Assembly (NCBI RefSeq): GCF_964213995.1
Contig: NC_135804.1
Span: forward strand, 59,148,001-59,212,000
DNA: 64,000 bases
Direction: 5' to 3'
From: Mustelus asterias
Taxonomy: Eukaryota
Each line of letters begins with the position of its first letter. The stretch's first letter is position 1. The position numbers and the translations under genes are program-made. Below the pieces are notes generated by a model, which worked only from the letters and a program-made list of their open reading frames with translations, was not told the origin of the DNA and ran no database searches. Below are positions 13,403 through 26,596 of this stretch, piece after piece.

Positions 13403-16400
13403 TATTTGCTACCAAATAAACCTGTTGGACTTTAACCTGGTGTTGTGAGACTTCTTACTCTTCTGTCATCAAGCCAATTTTGTATCCATTTAGCTACCTC
13501 ACCCGGTATCCCCTGAGATTTAACCTTATGCAACAACCTACCATGCGGTACCTTGTTAAAGGCCTTGCTAAAATCTGTGTAGACAACATTAACTGCACTG
13601 CCCTCATCTACCTTCTTGGTTACCCGTTCAAAAAACTCAATCAAATTTGTGAGACATGATTTTCCACTCACAAATCCATGCTGACTATTCCAAATCAGTC
13701 CTTGCCTGTAAATGCCTGAATGCCTGTAGATCCTGTCTCTCAAAATACCTTCCAACAACTTCCCCACCACAGATGTGAGGCTAACTGGCTGGTAGTTCCC
13801 AGGCTTTTCCATGCAGCCCTTTTTAAACAAAGGCACAACATTTGCCACCCTCCAATCTTCAGGCACCTCACCTGTGACCATCGATGATTCAAATATCTCT
13901 GCTCGGGGGCCCGCAATTTCCTCGCTAGCCTCCCACAATGTCCTGGGATACACTTCATTGGGTCCCGGGGATTTATCTACCTTGATGCATTTTAAGACTT
14001 CCAGCACCTCCTTCTCTGTGATATGTACACTCCTCAATATATCACTCTTTATTTCCCCAAGTTCCCTAACATCGTTGCTCTCCTCAACAGTAAATACTGA
14101 TGACAAATATTCATTTAGGATCTTACCCATCTCTTGTGAATCTGCACATAGTTGATCTTGTTGGTTCTTAAGAGGCCCTACACTCTCTCCAGTTACTCTT
14201 TTGGTCTTTATGTATTTGTAGAAGCTCTTTGGATTCTTATCTGCCAAAACAATCTCGTGTCCCCTTTTTGCCCTCCTGATCTCTCTCTTAACTCTACTCC
14301 TACACCTCCTATACTCTTCAATGGATTCACTTGATCCCTGCAGTCTATGCATGTCATGTGCCTCCTTCTTCTTCTTGACCAGGGCCTCAATATCCTGAGT
14401 CATCCAGGGTTCCCTACCTCTACCATCCTTGCCCTTCACTCTAAGAGGAAAGTGCTTACCCTGAATCCTGGTTAACACTCTTTTGCAAGCTTCCTACTTA
14501 CCAGACGTCCTTTTGCCTTCCCACAGTCTCCCCCAATTAACTTTAGAAAGTTCCTGCCTGATACCCTCAGAATCAACCTTGCCCCAATTTAGGATGTTTA
14601 ATTTCTGACCTTATTTATGGTCCCTCTTGCTGTTTTATGGACCAGCCCCTTGCCAATTTAATTTAAACACCAACCCAGTAAAAGCTAACCTCTCTGCTTT
14701 GCTTGGGTGCAAGCCATCCAACTTGTACAGGTGTCTTTTCCCCAAAACTGGCCCAAATGCCCTAATAAACTGCAAACCCCTCCTCCTGCATCATTTCTCC
14801 AGTCACATATTCATCTGCGCTATTTTTCTATTTGTGTCCTCACATCTGCACTAGTTTCATGTTTGTGGCCTCACTTGCATGTAGCACTGAGAGTAACCTC
14901 GAAATTATTACTCTAGTGGTTCTGTTTTGTAATCTATTTCCTAACTCCTGAAACTCCACCTGAAGGATCTCAACACTTTCTCTACTTGATGTTCGACAGA
15001 GGTTCGAGGAATCTTTTGATTTCTTGACAACTTTCTGGCTCAAGATTGAGTTCAACAATTTCAGATCATGGCAACTGCTTCCATTTCATTGTGTTGGCAG
15101 CAGTTCTGCTGTTGCCATTTACAGTTCCTCTGGACTCATGTTCTGTTTTTCCACTTGCCCCATTGTAACCACTTTTTTCTTGCACCATCACCTTTGCCAA
15201 TTAATCATTTCTGTTGTTCACCCAGTCGCAGTCCTGTTGTTTTATTTCCTCTCCGGTCTCCGCACTTCCTTATAAACTGCAGCACTCATTTTTTTCTGAT
15301 TTTGATGAAAGGCCATCTACTTGAAACAGACTGATTCTCTCTCCACAGTCGCCACTTGACCTGCTGCATATTACCAGTGTTTTCTCTTATTTCTTATATA
15401 ATTTTGCTAACTAAACTTTGATAGAGAATTCTCTTTAGGAATTTACATTGCAGGCTCAGAGATGCTGGGTAATAGCATATCAGGCAAGGACAGAATTTAC
15501 GGTAGACATTGGTGACAACAATATTTTATCAGACAAGGACAGAATTTACTATGGACTTTTCGACATGTTTTCAACTCAGCTGCTGATATGAACACATGTA
15601 GGCAAGTCAGCTTCAAGTAAGGACACCAACAGCTTCCAAGAAATGCAGAAAACACTTCATAAAAAACCATCACCTTAACAAGAAAAATTAGAGAAGTAAT
15701 CAGAAGAAAAGTGAACGATTTTTGTCTATGATACTACTAGCTTCCCTAAAAACTGGCAAGCACAAGAAAAAGTTGTTTCTATGGACGGTACATGGAACTA
15801 CCCTGCCTACGCTGAAAGCCCAAATGTCGCATGCTTGTTCTGTCTTATCAGGTGGGTTTCAGCAGAGAGTGGTGCATGTGAAAATCGAAGTTTGGCACTG
15901 CAGTCAATGTTAATCGCACATAAAAATCAAATACCTTATAAAACCTCAACAAGCCCGATTAATGAAATCAGAAAACAAAATAAACAAATCAGAGTTACGG
16001 CATTGGGAACCCGTGTGCACTTGGAACCATTCTTATCAAAAAGCAACTAATACAATTGTCACACAGCATACTTTCTTTCCACGTTACCTACCAATGCTGA
16101 ACTTGCCCAGAATTAACTTCCATGTGGTTTATAAGCTGAGGTAGACTATAGAGACATAATTGCGTTTAGCAGCAAGCAGCTTGCACGTAGTAACAAATTT
16201 AAATGACACTGTTACTCGTGGAGATTACTGTAATCAATATCGCTTAAAAAAGTAAATTCCATAGCCACTAGTACAGAAACTAGTTTCAATGTAAACATAA
16301 TTATTCATTCTGGGATCAGAAGATTATGAACAGATGTTATGCAGAATGGTGTCAGAATCCACCAAAGCCTTCAAGAGGTATCAACTTTTCTGCGTCATAA

Positions 16401-17074
16401 AATACCAGTTCAGCACCGCAAATAAGCAACATGCTTACCATTTGGTGAAGAGGGCAAGTCTGTATTGAACGGATGACTCATTCTGCAAAAACAGAATAAT
16501 AAGAAATTGAAATGACAGCATTTAAAAACCAGTCAGGGACAGGTCTTTAGCCTGGATAGCATTCCCACTGTAATAAATCATCCTTATACAAACATTTCAC
16601 GTCTTGCTTGTACATTCGTTATTAAATGCTCAGTGCCGTAAATCACAGTGTTATTTTGCTCACATAATGCATTTTTAAAAAGCCTGTAATTTTTGCAACA
16701 AAGCTTAACTAATGACTGTTCTCAAATTCGAAAGGGTCTATTAGTTTGCCTTGATCATGAATAGACAGGGAATGAAGGGAAATGGACCGCGTCGAGGCAA
16801 AACGTCTTTACTTGAGAAATGTGTCATGTGTCGGCGCAGACTTGGTGGGCCGAAGGGCCTGTTCCTGTACTGTACTGTTCTTTGATTTTTGTTCTTAGAT
16901 CTGTTGAAACTAGATTCAGCAGTTTAAGTGACAATGGCACCTTTCAATGCAACTACCAGTTGCTATTTTGATATCTGCCAAAATGTCATGCCATTCAGTT
17001 AAATTGTTTATCCGAATCTGAGCAGATTGGTGACTTTGAGAATCCATTAAGATCCATGTCAGACCCACTCAGGG

Positions 17075-17490
17075 GACCCACTCTGGCTCAGAATATTGTC
17101 TTGAGTCAGAAGCTTTTGAGTTTCCTCTGAAGAAATTTAAGCACTTATTGAAACTCCATTGAGTACTGAGGGAGTCCGGCAACGTTAGAGCTATCAAACC
17201 AAGACTCAATCTGACCTCTGAGGTGAACACAAATGACCCCGTGACACTACTTCTTAAAAGAGCAGGGAATTCTCCGGTGTCTTGACCAACGTTTATCCCT
17301 CAATCCATGCCACAACACCAGATTCTCTGGTTATTATCATATTACTGTTCGTGGAACTTTGCGAATTGGCTGCTTTGTTTCCTACATTACAACAGCAATT
17401 CGATACTTCAGAAGTACTTCATTGGTTGCAAAGTGCTTTGGAATGTCTGAAGTTATGAAATATGCTATATAAAGGAAATCTTTTTTTTGA
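17075..17490 (+). mobile_element. Deu-domain SINE (SacSINE1/AmnSINE1-like), diverged
   Basis: Characteristic stretch aattggctgctttgtttcctacattacaacag...cttcagaagtacttcattggttgcaaagtgctttggaatgtctgaagttatgaaatatgctatataaa followed by a T-rich end; recognised from memory of the consensus. Confidence 0.7.
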
Positions 17491-18081
17491 GATTGTTATA
17501 TCAGAAAGATTCAGCTGTTTTCAAACTTTGAAATAAATAGGGTCTGCCTGCTGTTCTTCTTTCTCGATTCTAATGGGCGCTAAACGGACGTATTTCACGT
17601 AAAACTGAAAGGCTGGAGCTGGAGACAATTTTCTAAGTGGTATGACAAGAATGCTTGCATTCAATGTGGTAGCAATTTGCCTTAATTCAAAAGACTCGAC
17701 ATGTTGAAGAATGTTAGTCTGTAATTGAGGTTTAGTACAGAATCAACCTACTCCTCTGCCTGACCGTGTAACAAACAATAATTAATTGTTTTAGCATAAT
17801 CTGTGTGTAGCATTTCCAACTGTCTAATGGGACCATTAATACAGAGCAAAACTAGCGCACACTGATGGAAAGGACTCAGATTTCAGTTTGTGGAGAATAT
17901 TAATTGCTGAGAGAAATTATCACTTGGCTATTGATTGGTGTAAACAGTCCCAAAACAGCACAAGAAATAAATTCATGCGACAGATTATCAAACATAGCAT
18001 CTGTATATTTACCAGTTTTGTATGGATGAGAGGCAACAGACTCCAGAAACCCTATCCATCTCCTGGGTTTTTATCTCGAAC

Positions 18082-18194
18082 CGCTTTGGCAACAGACTGC
18101 CAGAGCTGATGACTCCGACATTCATCGATATGCTCTTTGTGGAATAACCGACATTTTTCTGGAACAAGTAGCACATCGCTCGCAAACTCACAAA
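18082..18194 (-). CDS. Isolated coding exon homologous to APP/APLP exon 4 (E1 / copper-binding domain start); gene status unresolved
   Basis: (V)[37 protein letters not shown] aligns without gaps to APLP2 [37 protein letters not shown] and APP GEFVSDALLVPDKC... It is 113 nt, phase 1 to phase 0, with flanking ggcAG and GTtcga, matching the size and phase of APP exon 4. Confidence 0.85.
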
Positions 18195-20679
18195 CTGCCA
18201 GACACAAAGTTTGAAACTCTGTGGTTATTCTCAAAAAGGATTGTAATGACAAGATTTCAAACCCTTGAAGAGAACACTTATAATTAATGGGTTTTGTCAG
18301 AGATTTCAAACACCCACAGCTCATGCAAGTCGCTCAACATTTTTGTCCGACATGCACACTGTTTCATTCAAGGTTAAAATGAACTTGTGAAATATAAAGT
18401 CTAATAGATAATATTTTAGTCCAAGTTCAACACATTCTATATCTCACGCCCCCCGTCCCCCCATCACTCAAAAGTAACCGCCATTCCCCCACCGACGATC
18501 ATTGTCTCCAAGGGAAAACAAAGTGACATTTGAATTTTCAGCAGGCAAGTCAGGTAGTTCCTGCAACTTTTGAATTCTGTGCTAGATTCCTTCAATGGAC
18601 GTGAAGAAATTATGGACGTGAAGAATATGTTCACATTAACCATTTAAGGTGTAAAGCACAAATATCTAAAAATGTTCATACCCCAAGTTTAATCCCCAAA
18701 TTTTGGAGCTGTCTACTTTTACTAGCACCACTGATCAGCTTCGACTTTGCATGTGATTCATGTTGAATAGTTTAATGAGTGATGGAGTTTGAATCGTTAG
18801 ATGCTACAAATGCCTGTTATACGGTCCTCTCAATTTAACTCATTTAATCAGACTAGAACAGTACTTTACGTTTTGGATTACAGCTGAATACTAGCTACAG
18901 CAGCAGTTTTTTTTAGTAGTGTTGTGTGCATCAGGTTGCAACATTGGCATTTCATTTCATCAGATCACTTGAGAAGGTAATGGTTTTTCAATTTCACGAA
19001 TCATCACATTGCATCAACAGCAAAGATTAAACTCTGAATCCAATCTTGGTGCTCAGAGTTCAATGGAAATCCATGAGAGAGAATATCCTTCAACTGCATA
19101 AAGTAGAAACTAGCCAAATCATTTCCACTATTAAAGTAAAGCAGGCAGCAGATTAATACAAAAATTATCTGTGCTGTTTCGAAATTGCAACTCAGAAATT
19201 ATCCTACACAACTCCAATACTCAAACTTGCCAACTTCAAATTGAAAGTTACGTATTCCATTCTATTTCAGAAAGGAAATAATCCATAATGATTGAAATCT
19301 GACAACACTTGGGCAGCCACAACATAGGCACTTGCTTAATGCACAGGCTGATGCAGAAACAAAGATTCATCCTCTCACTAACAATTCTGTAATTTCTTCT
19401 AATAGTCAATAGTGGAAACGATCAGGTTCTGCCCTTTGCCTATCTTGTGATTTTGACCCAGTGAAGGAATGGCGATATTTCTCCAAGTCAGGATGGTGTA
19501 TGGCACGAATGGGAACATCCAGGTCATCGTGTTCCCATGGCATCTGTTTCCATTGCCATTCGAGGTGATAGAGGTCGTGGGTTTGCTGTTGTTGGAGGAT
19601 TGTCTCTCATTTTCCCCATTACTTCTATTAAATTTAATAAATTCCTATTATTATTTTCAAATTGTAAGATTATATTATTAACGAGAATACTAGAGCTAAT
19701 GTTATGTTAATAATAAGAATACTAATTCTTAAAATCTAACTTTATTCTTAGGAACTAACATGACTTTACCTTCTTTTTAGAATAGCAGAGTGGTAAAACA
19801 TAGAAATAGGGCCCAGTCTAGAAAAGATGCCAAAGTAGTGGGACCATGGGAAAATTATGTCAGCAAGAAACTGAGATATTGAGACTATCTTTTGCAGTGG
19901 GAATTACTTGTGTATACAAAAGCACAGGTCTGGAATGTCTGCATAGGAAGTCTTATCTGTAGGAGATAAGACATTGGAGCCTTGAGATAAGAGGCAGTTG
20001 AACGTTATGTAAAAACTCAAGTCAATTCACAACTCAGCTTTGCTACTAAGTCTGATCGTGCCTGAGAAGGAGAGAAAACCCACCCTCTCCAAAACGAATG
20101 ACACATAGACAATTGTGGTAGTACTTGACATATTATGGACATTTGTTGAGAGCAAGGAAGGATTTCGAGTTCATGGATTTGTCCACCTCGGGAAGGAAAA
20201 CCTCTGAGGAGTATAAGGACCTTTACGGACCCACACCGAACAAAGACAACTACACAAGAACAGTTCATAGAACCCCTACAGTGCAGAAAGAGGCTTTTCG
20301 GTTCATCGAGTCTGCACCGACTTTCCGAAGGAGCATCATTCCCAGGCCCCCTCCACCCTATCTCCGCCCTTTGTGGAGACTACAGATGTGAAACAGGAAG
20401 GTGATGGTTACAGCTGGGGGACGTGAGGGTGGGTGGCAGTTGGTGGTGTGGGGGTCAACCACAACATAGACTCATTCTGACACAGGAAGCTTGGCTTGAG
20501 AACTGGGGTCCATTTAGACCAGAGGTAACCCATCGCTGTGCGCTAGCAGCGACTGCTTTTGAGGCTGATGTCCGGGACAAACAGAAGGCCACCAATGAAG
20601 TCATCGGGTCTGCTCCACCGTCTGATTATGTCACGGTTGATCTGACCATGGTTATAACTCCACTTTCATAACAAGTCCC

Positions 20680-21840
20680 CTCGCACACATTCTCCTGACT
20701 CTTGTAGACCAGAATTCTGCCTAATTTAGCTTTGAATATGTTTAATGATCCGGCCTCCATAGCTTGCTGGGAAAAGGAATCCCAAAGTTTAATCGACCAG
20801 TGAAGGAAACAAATCTTCCTCACCTGTCTTAAATGTGGGAAACCCTAATTTTTACACCGTACCACATTGCTCTAGATTTTCCCACGAGAGAAAAAACATT
20901 CTCTTCGCATCCATCCTGTCAATAACCACCCTGTCAAACACTATCCCCGCCGAATCGTCTATTTTTTAAATCAGATCACACATAATTCTTATGAAATCCA
21001 CGGTGTATAGCTCAAGCTGCTCAATCTTTCCTCATTATCTGGCCCCTTCATTCCAGAAATAAGTTTGGTAAACATTCTCTAAACTGCTCCAATGAAAGTA
21101 AAACTCCACTCATCCTCACCACCGATCTTGGTGAAGATGACACAAGCTGCACACAAATATTCTCGGTCCGGTCGCACCAATGCCCTCTACTGTTGGAGAG
21201 AAAAATTCTCACTTGTCCCCGCCATCTGTCTTGCAATAACACAATGCATTGTTTTTCTCATTACTTGCTGCTCTTGCATTGTAAGTTATTGTGATTCATG
21301 TACAAGAACGGTCAGACGCATCTGTACTGCAACATTTTGCCGTCTCTTTCTATGTAAATGATATTCTGCTTTTTTATTCTTCCAAAAAATATGGACAGCC
21401 GTCTATTTTCCTGTATTATTCTGCAGCTACCCAATGGGTGCCCGCTTATTCTTATATCATTAATCAAAGGGATGAAGGCTTCGCTGGCTAGGCCAACAAT
21501 TATTGTCAATCACTAATTGTCCTCGAGAAGGTGGTGGTGAGCAACCTTCTTGAACAGCTACAGTCCATTTTGCAGGAGGCGGCGGGGGCTGGGGCAGGGG
21601 TGGGGCGGGGGGTGGGGAGGAAGGGGAGGTGTTGCGGAGGGAGGAGGTCCAGGATTTTGACCCAGTGGCAGTGAACGAAAAGCGATATGTTTCCAAGTCA
21701 CATTGGTGAATGGCTTCCGGGGAACCTTCAGGTTGATGTTGTTTCCATCTATCTGCTGCCCCTGTGTTTTAGCTGGTAGTGATCCTGTGTTTGGAAGGCA
21801 CTGTTTAAGGAGCCTTGTTGAATTCTTGCAGTGCATCTCA
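20680..21840 (-). repeat. Paralogous copy of the 4460-5610 block (old CR1 fragment joined to an L2/CR1-like fragment)
   Basis: Colinear similarity including the same inter-element junction (ggatgaaggcttcgctggctaggcca). Confidence 0.75.
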
Positions 21841-22434
21841 TTGCGCCCAGAGAGATGTGTAATCTAGGCATGTATGAACACAGGAATAAGTGCAGGCCAG
21901 TTATCTTCTCTCGGGATTTTGCCAGGCAATTGGCAACTATCTTCATTTACCAGCTTTTGCCAATATCTCGTCACATTTTTGATAGCAAATATCTCTCAGT
22001 CTCAGGTTTAAAATTAACAATTGACCTAGGTTACAAAAGCAAAAACGGATACTGGACAGCTGAAATCAAAATAAAATGCACAGAAAATATTCAGCAAGTC
22101 ATAGAAAACCTGTGGAGAGAAACATAATTAATATTTCCAGTCGAGATGGCATTGGAATCAAACGTTAACTCTTTCTCTCCACATATGCTGGCTGGCCTGC
22201 TGAAGTACTCGAGCAAAAACTGCTATTTGCGAGAGGGAGTTACAAACTTCTACCAACTTTCGTGGTAGAATTTCACTCCTATAAAGTCTGGCTCTAATTT
22301 TAGACAATGTTCCCTCATGCCCGTGTCCCCAAACAGCACGTACATGCTGCAACTTACCTCTCTGTTCGGCTTAGAATCTTGAAAACATCAATCAAATCAC
22401 CCATATCCATCCAAATTTTGGGGGCTACAATCAT

Positions 22435-23370
22435 ATAGAACAAAGTACAAAGAACAAAATGAAATACAGCACGGGAACAGGCCCTTATGCCCTCCAAGCC
22501 CGTGCTGATCATGATGCCTCAACTAAACTAAAATAAAACATTCTGCCCTTACTCGGTGCGTATCTCACTATTCCCTCCCTATTCATGTACGCATCCAGAT
22601 GTCTCTTAAATGTTATTAATGTGCCTGCCTCCACCACCTCTTCTGACAGCCCGTTTCAGGCATTCACCACTCTCTGCGTGACAAATTTCACCTGCACACC
22701 TTCCTTAAACTTTCCCCCTCTCACCTTGAATCTGTGCCCCTTTTAATTGACATTTCCACTCTTGGAAAAAACCTCAGACTAGCCACCCTGTCTATGCCTC
22801 TCATAATTTTGCGAACCTCTATCGGGTCTCCCCTCAGCTTCCATCTTTCCAGTGAAAACAATCCTCGTTTATTCAACCTTTCCTCATCGCCAACATCATC
22901 GAGACCAGGCAACATCTTGGTGAACCTTCTTTCCACTCTCTTCAAAGCTTCCACATCCTTCTGGTGGTCTGGTGACCAGAACTGCACGTAATACTCCAAA
23001 TGCGACCTAACCAAGGTTTTATATAGCTGCAACATTACTTCCCATTCCTGTACTCAATGCCCCGGCCGATGAAGACAAACATGCCACATGCATTCTTAAT
23101 CACCTTGAGCACCTGTGCTGCCACTTTCAGGGAACTGTGGACCTGCACACTCAGATCCTCCTGCATGTTAATGACTCTAAGGTTTCTGCCATTTACTGAG
23201 TAATTCACACTTAAGTTTGATCCTCCAAAATCCATCACCTCGCATTTGTCTGGATTAAACTCCATCTGCCATTTCTGTGCCCAATTCTCCAATCTATCGA
23301 TATCCTTTTATATTCTTTGACAATTCTCAGCACTATCACAAACTCTACCAATCTTCGTGTCATCCACAAA
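22435..23370 (-). mobile_element. CR1 3' fragment
   Basis: ORFs 22721-23035 and 23035-23292 (WQMEFNPDKCEVM, LVRSHLEYYVQFW). Confidence 0.85.
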
Positions 23371-24719
23371 TCTTTTGAAATCTCTTTTTGTAGTTTAACA
23401 TCCACAGCCTAGGTAAAATTTGTTATTTATTCTGGTAAACTGCACTACCTATCCAAGTGCAATATATCCTGTTTAAGGAGTAATGCTCAAACGGCCCACA
23501 ATACAGCAGATGTGCTTTCCTTTGCATTTCTGAAGCAGTTCTTCAGCCCTTTTGTATTTCAGTCCTCTAAATAAATCTCTAGCTTTCCATTAGCCTTTTG
23601 AACGTTTTTTGTATTGGTTCATGAGATTTTAATGAGCTCTGTTCTTAGATACCCAAGTCCCTTTGAAACTCCATTGCACCGAGCCTTTGGCCATTTAGAA
23701 AATATTCTATTCTATCCCATTTAGCTATAAAATAGGCTACCTCAAATTTGCCTACATTGACATCTATTCAAAACCACGTTGCTCATTCATTTAATCTATT
23801 AATATCCCTTTGCACGTTTTTGCTTCCACCTGCTCTGCATTAAACTGACTATCATTTTGTCGTCAGAGAACCTGGTTATGTGGTGGTTTATTCCACCATC
23901 TAAGCTGTTTACAAACTGAGTGAATAGGTGAATTGCTGAGGCCACATCACAGATCCTCGTAGGACACTAGTCGTCACATCCTGCTAAGCAGGGTACCTGC
24001 CCCTGAGTGGTACTCTGTCTCTTGTCAGGCAGCCAATTTCCTATCCAGATGAATAATTTGCCTTTAATTCCCTCCGCTTAAAACTTCCATGGAGGCTCCT
24101 ATACGAAAACGTTATCAATCCTTCTGACTGTCCACATCAATAACATCCATATGAATTTCCTGCCCACTACTGCAGACACTTCATCAAAAAATCTATTTTG
24201 ACTGGCATGAATTAGCTTGAAAAATCCATTCGGACTCTCCCTGATCAGCTCTACGGTGTAGAGAATTCCAAAGACCCCTGAGAAAATAAATTACACTTCA
24301 TCTCATCTTAGATAATTCCTCCCTGATTCGGAAGCTATACTCCTTAGTTCTGGATTTATCTGTGAGGAGAAGCATTTAGTTTCCACATCTACCCTTTGAA
24401 ACCCTTTCAGAATTTTATACGTTTCAATAAGTTCAGTTCTCATTCTTCTGAACTGCAACTAATGTAGGCACAATCTGTTCAACCTTTCCTCATAAGACAC
24501 CAGTTCTATCCCAGGATTCAACCTTGTTCACATTCTCTGAACTTGCTCCAATGTTCCAATATCCCTGCTTAAACAGCTGAAAAAACTAGACATAAAACAC
24601 TTTTCTGTCTTTGTATATTTCTTCCTTACGTCAAATGATATACTTCCGGCGTCAAACATTATATTTATGTCTCTGTATGCTGTTAAACTTCTAAAGGAAT
24701 TGTTAGGGACAAAATCAGA

Positions 24720-26400
24720 AACTCAAAGGTATGTTATGGAGTTACTTTGACCTCAAATGTTTTTGATTGTGACATTCGTGGAAGCATAAGGTGTTTCACT
24801 CTAGGTGTGATTCTATCAACCCACTAGGAAGCTTTTATTAAAATAAACTTTATTTAAGAACACAGTTGAAATATAACAAAATGAATTAGCATAACGTTTA
24901 TCAGTTGAAATACTTAAACATGATTAAGTATAATTCTTAACAGCTAGCTATCCCTATAGTTCTAATTTAGCCAATATCCCCACAGACATACATCCTTCTT
25001 CAGAATCAGTTATCACAAAAGTACATATAGGATCGCGTTTATGCTAGATTTCTGGCCTTTAAACCCCTTTGGCAGAGATACAGAAAGACACCTGCCTTCT
25101 GAATGCCATGCAGCAGCCCTCGAAAAAATCTGTCCTCAAACAGCAGAACTTCAGAGATAGAGACTTATTTTCTGGCAGATTCCAGTCTCAAACCCAAGAG
25201 AGAGAAAGAGAGAGGCACAGAGCTACTTCTTCTCTCTAAAGATCCCCCAAGCAGCAACTGAGTTTGTGTCGCTCTGTGACCACCCAGTCACATGACTTTC
25301 CTGTCAATCAACTTAATCAAACACGACTCTGAAAAACCCCAGGGAAAACACAAAAAATGAACACACCTGCATTAGCCCAGATTAAAACAAACATTCCAGC
25401 AATTAGAATTATTTATACTTCCAGAGAATTAACAGGTGGGCTGGCGGTCATAGTCAAAGCAACACTGGTAATTAGAATTGACTCCTCTCCAAATCCTGCG
25501 CAAGAAACATGGCAAAAATAAATTCTTAAATGCACAGTTTTGTCACTGAATGCATTGCTCCTTGAGATTGAACACATGAGTCTGTCGTTACGGCTTTTGG
25601 ACAAAAAATGAGAAAATGGAATGCCCATCCGCTATATTCGCCGTGACAATATAATACAATTGGCAGATAATAGGAAACCCTATAGTGTGCCATGGCATGG
25701 TGGCCCAATAACAATGCAAATCGGATCCATAGGTGACTTTCTTCTGCTTTCGTGCTATAGCCTCCAAAAATGCCAGTCTGCTGCAGCTATTCCCTGCAGC
25801 TACAGCCAATTGTCCAGTGTCATTCCAATTTGTATCACAGCATCTCCAACCACCTTTAGTTTATCAAATGCATGCTCCGTTTGGCGGCCAATCGCCTTAC
25901 ACAGTAGCCCAAAATTTAGATGAGTTTCGCATTTCTCCCGGAGAGAATTTGCCCAGGTATCTTGTACTCATGAACCCAATTGCCTGGGTATACTGCAGGC
26001 ATTAAACAAAAATATAATGCAATTTAGTTAATTTGTTCCTATTTAGCAACTTTATCTCTTTTGTCTCCACGTTTTAGATGAAATAATTTATCAAATTAGA
26101 ATTTCTTTCCTGACATGCTTGCCACAAAATCTTGGAAAAAAATCACTACGTTAAGAGAGGCAGTCATCAGCATTTACCACATATTTACTGTCCAGCGTTG
26201 CAGTAAAATATCATTCTTCACTCCCCATCGCCTGTCAAGCACTATTAACATTTCGGTCCGTGGCCCCAACCTTTCAAACACCCCGTTCTCACAGCAGTTA
26301 TTCCCTTTACATAGCTCTGCCAACTCCACACCCCAATATTTTAATATTGCTCCCATTGACGTCTCGACATTAATCCTTCATAAACATCACTTTCCGGACA
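24720..26400 (-). mobile_element. Highly decayed LTR (Gypsy-like) element remnant
   Basis: Shares LTR-like blocks with 46680-47090 (aaataaactttatttaagaac; ctgtcaatcaactt). A faint RNase H-like FALLLGHH stretch lies near 25700. Confidence 0.45.
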
Positions 26401-26461
26401 TCTTGCTACATATTAAAATGTTTAATGATGACCATGAAACCATTGTCGATTGTCTTAAAAA

Positions 26462-26596
26462 AACTCTGATGAAGGGACAGCCTGTTCCGAAAGCTAGTGG
26501 CATTTGCTACCAAATAAACCTGGTGGACTTTAACCTCGTGTTGTTAAACTTCTTACTATGTGTACCCCATTCCAACGCCGGCATCTCCACATCATA
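26462..26596 (+). mobile_element. Solo PLE pLTR with a hammerhead core (variant stem II)
   Basis: CTGATGA-a-GGGACA gcc TGTTCC-GAAA-GCTA-gtgg, followed by the pLTR tail ending ggcatctccacatcat. Confidence 0.75.

Larger units (their letters stand above)
12461..13459. mobile_element. Truncated PLE: GIY-YIG 3' end and pLTR on minus plus an inverted pLTR on plus; 14-bp TSD
   Basis: ORF 12797-13258 encodes the GIY-YIG domain. Near-perfect inverted arms of about 285 bp (about 12497-12780 and 13174-13459). TSD cttctgtcatcaag at 12447-12460 and 13460-13473. Confidence 0.9.
11400..14960 (-). mobile_element. CR1 LINE (ORF1 end to ORF2, decayed), split by a PLE insertion
   Basis: ORF 13432-14478 ([39 protein letters not shown]) continues after the PLE in ORFs 12242-12439, 11963-12226 and 11773-12066. 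Confidence 0.9.

Noticed and set aside
16400-16432. Minus-strand MLLICGAEL resembling APP exon 5 MLLPCG
   Set aside because: It lacks the upstream Cys and FVCCP, and lies just after a strong donor site, so it is probably chance.
17888-18109. IDWCKQ resembling APP exon 3 NWCK
   Set aside because: It is on the wrong strand and the wrong side relative to the exon 4 homologue, with no further similarity.
21460-21836. Proline-rich ORFs
   Set aside because: They arise from a low-complexity G-run inside a decayed LINE.
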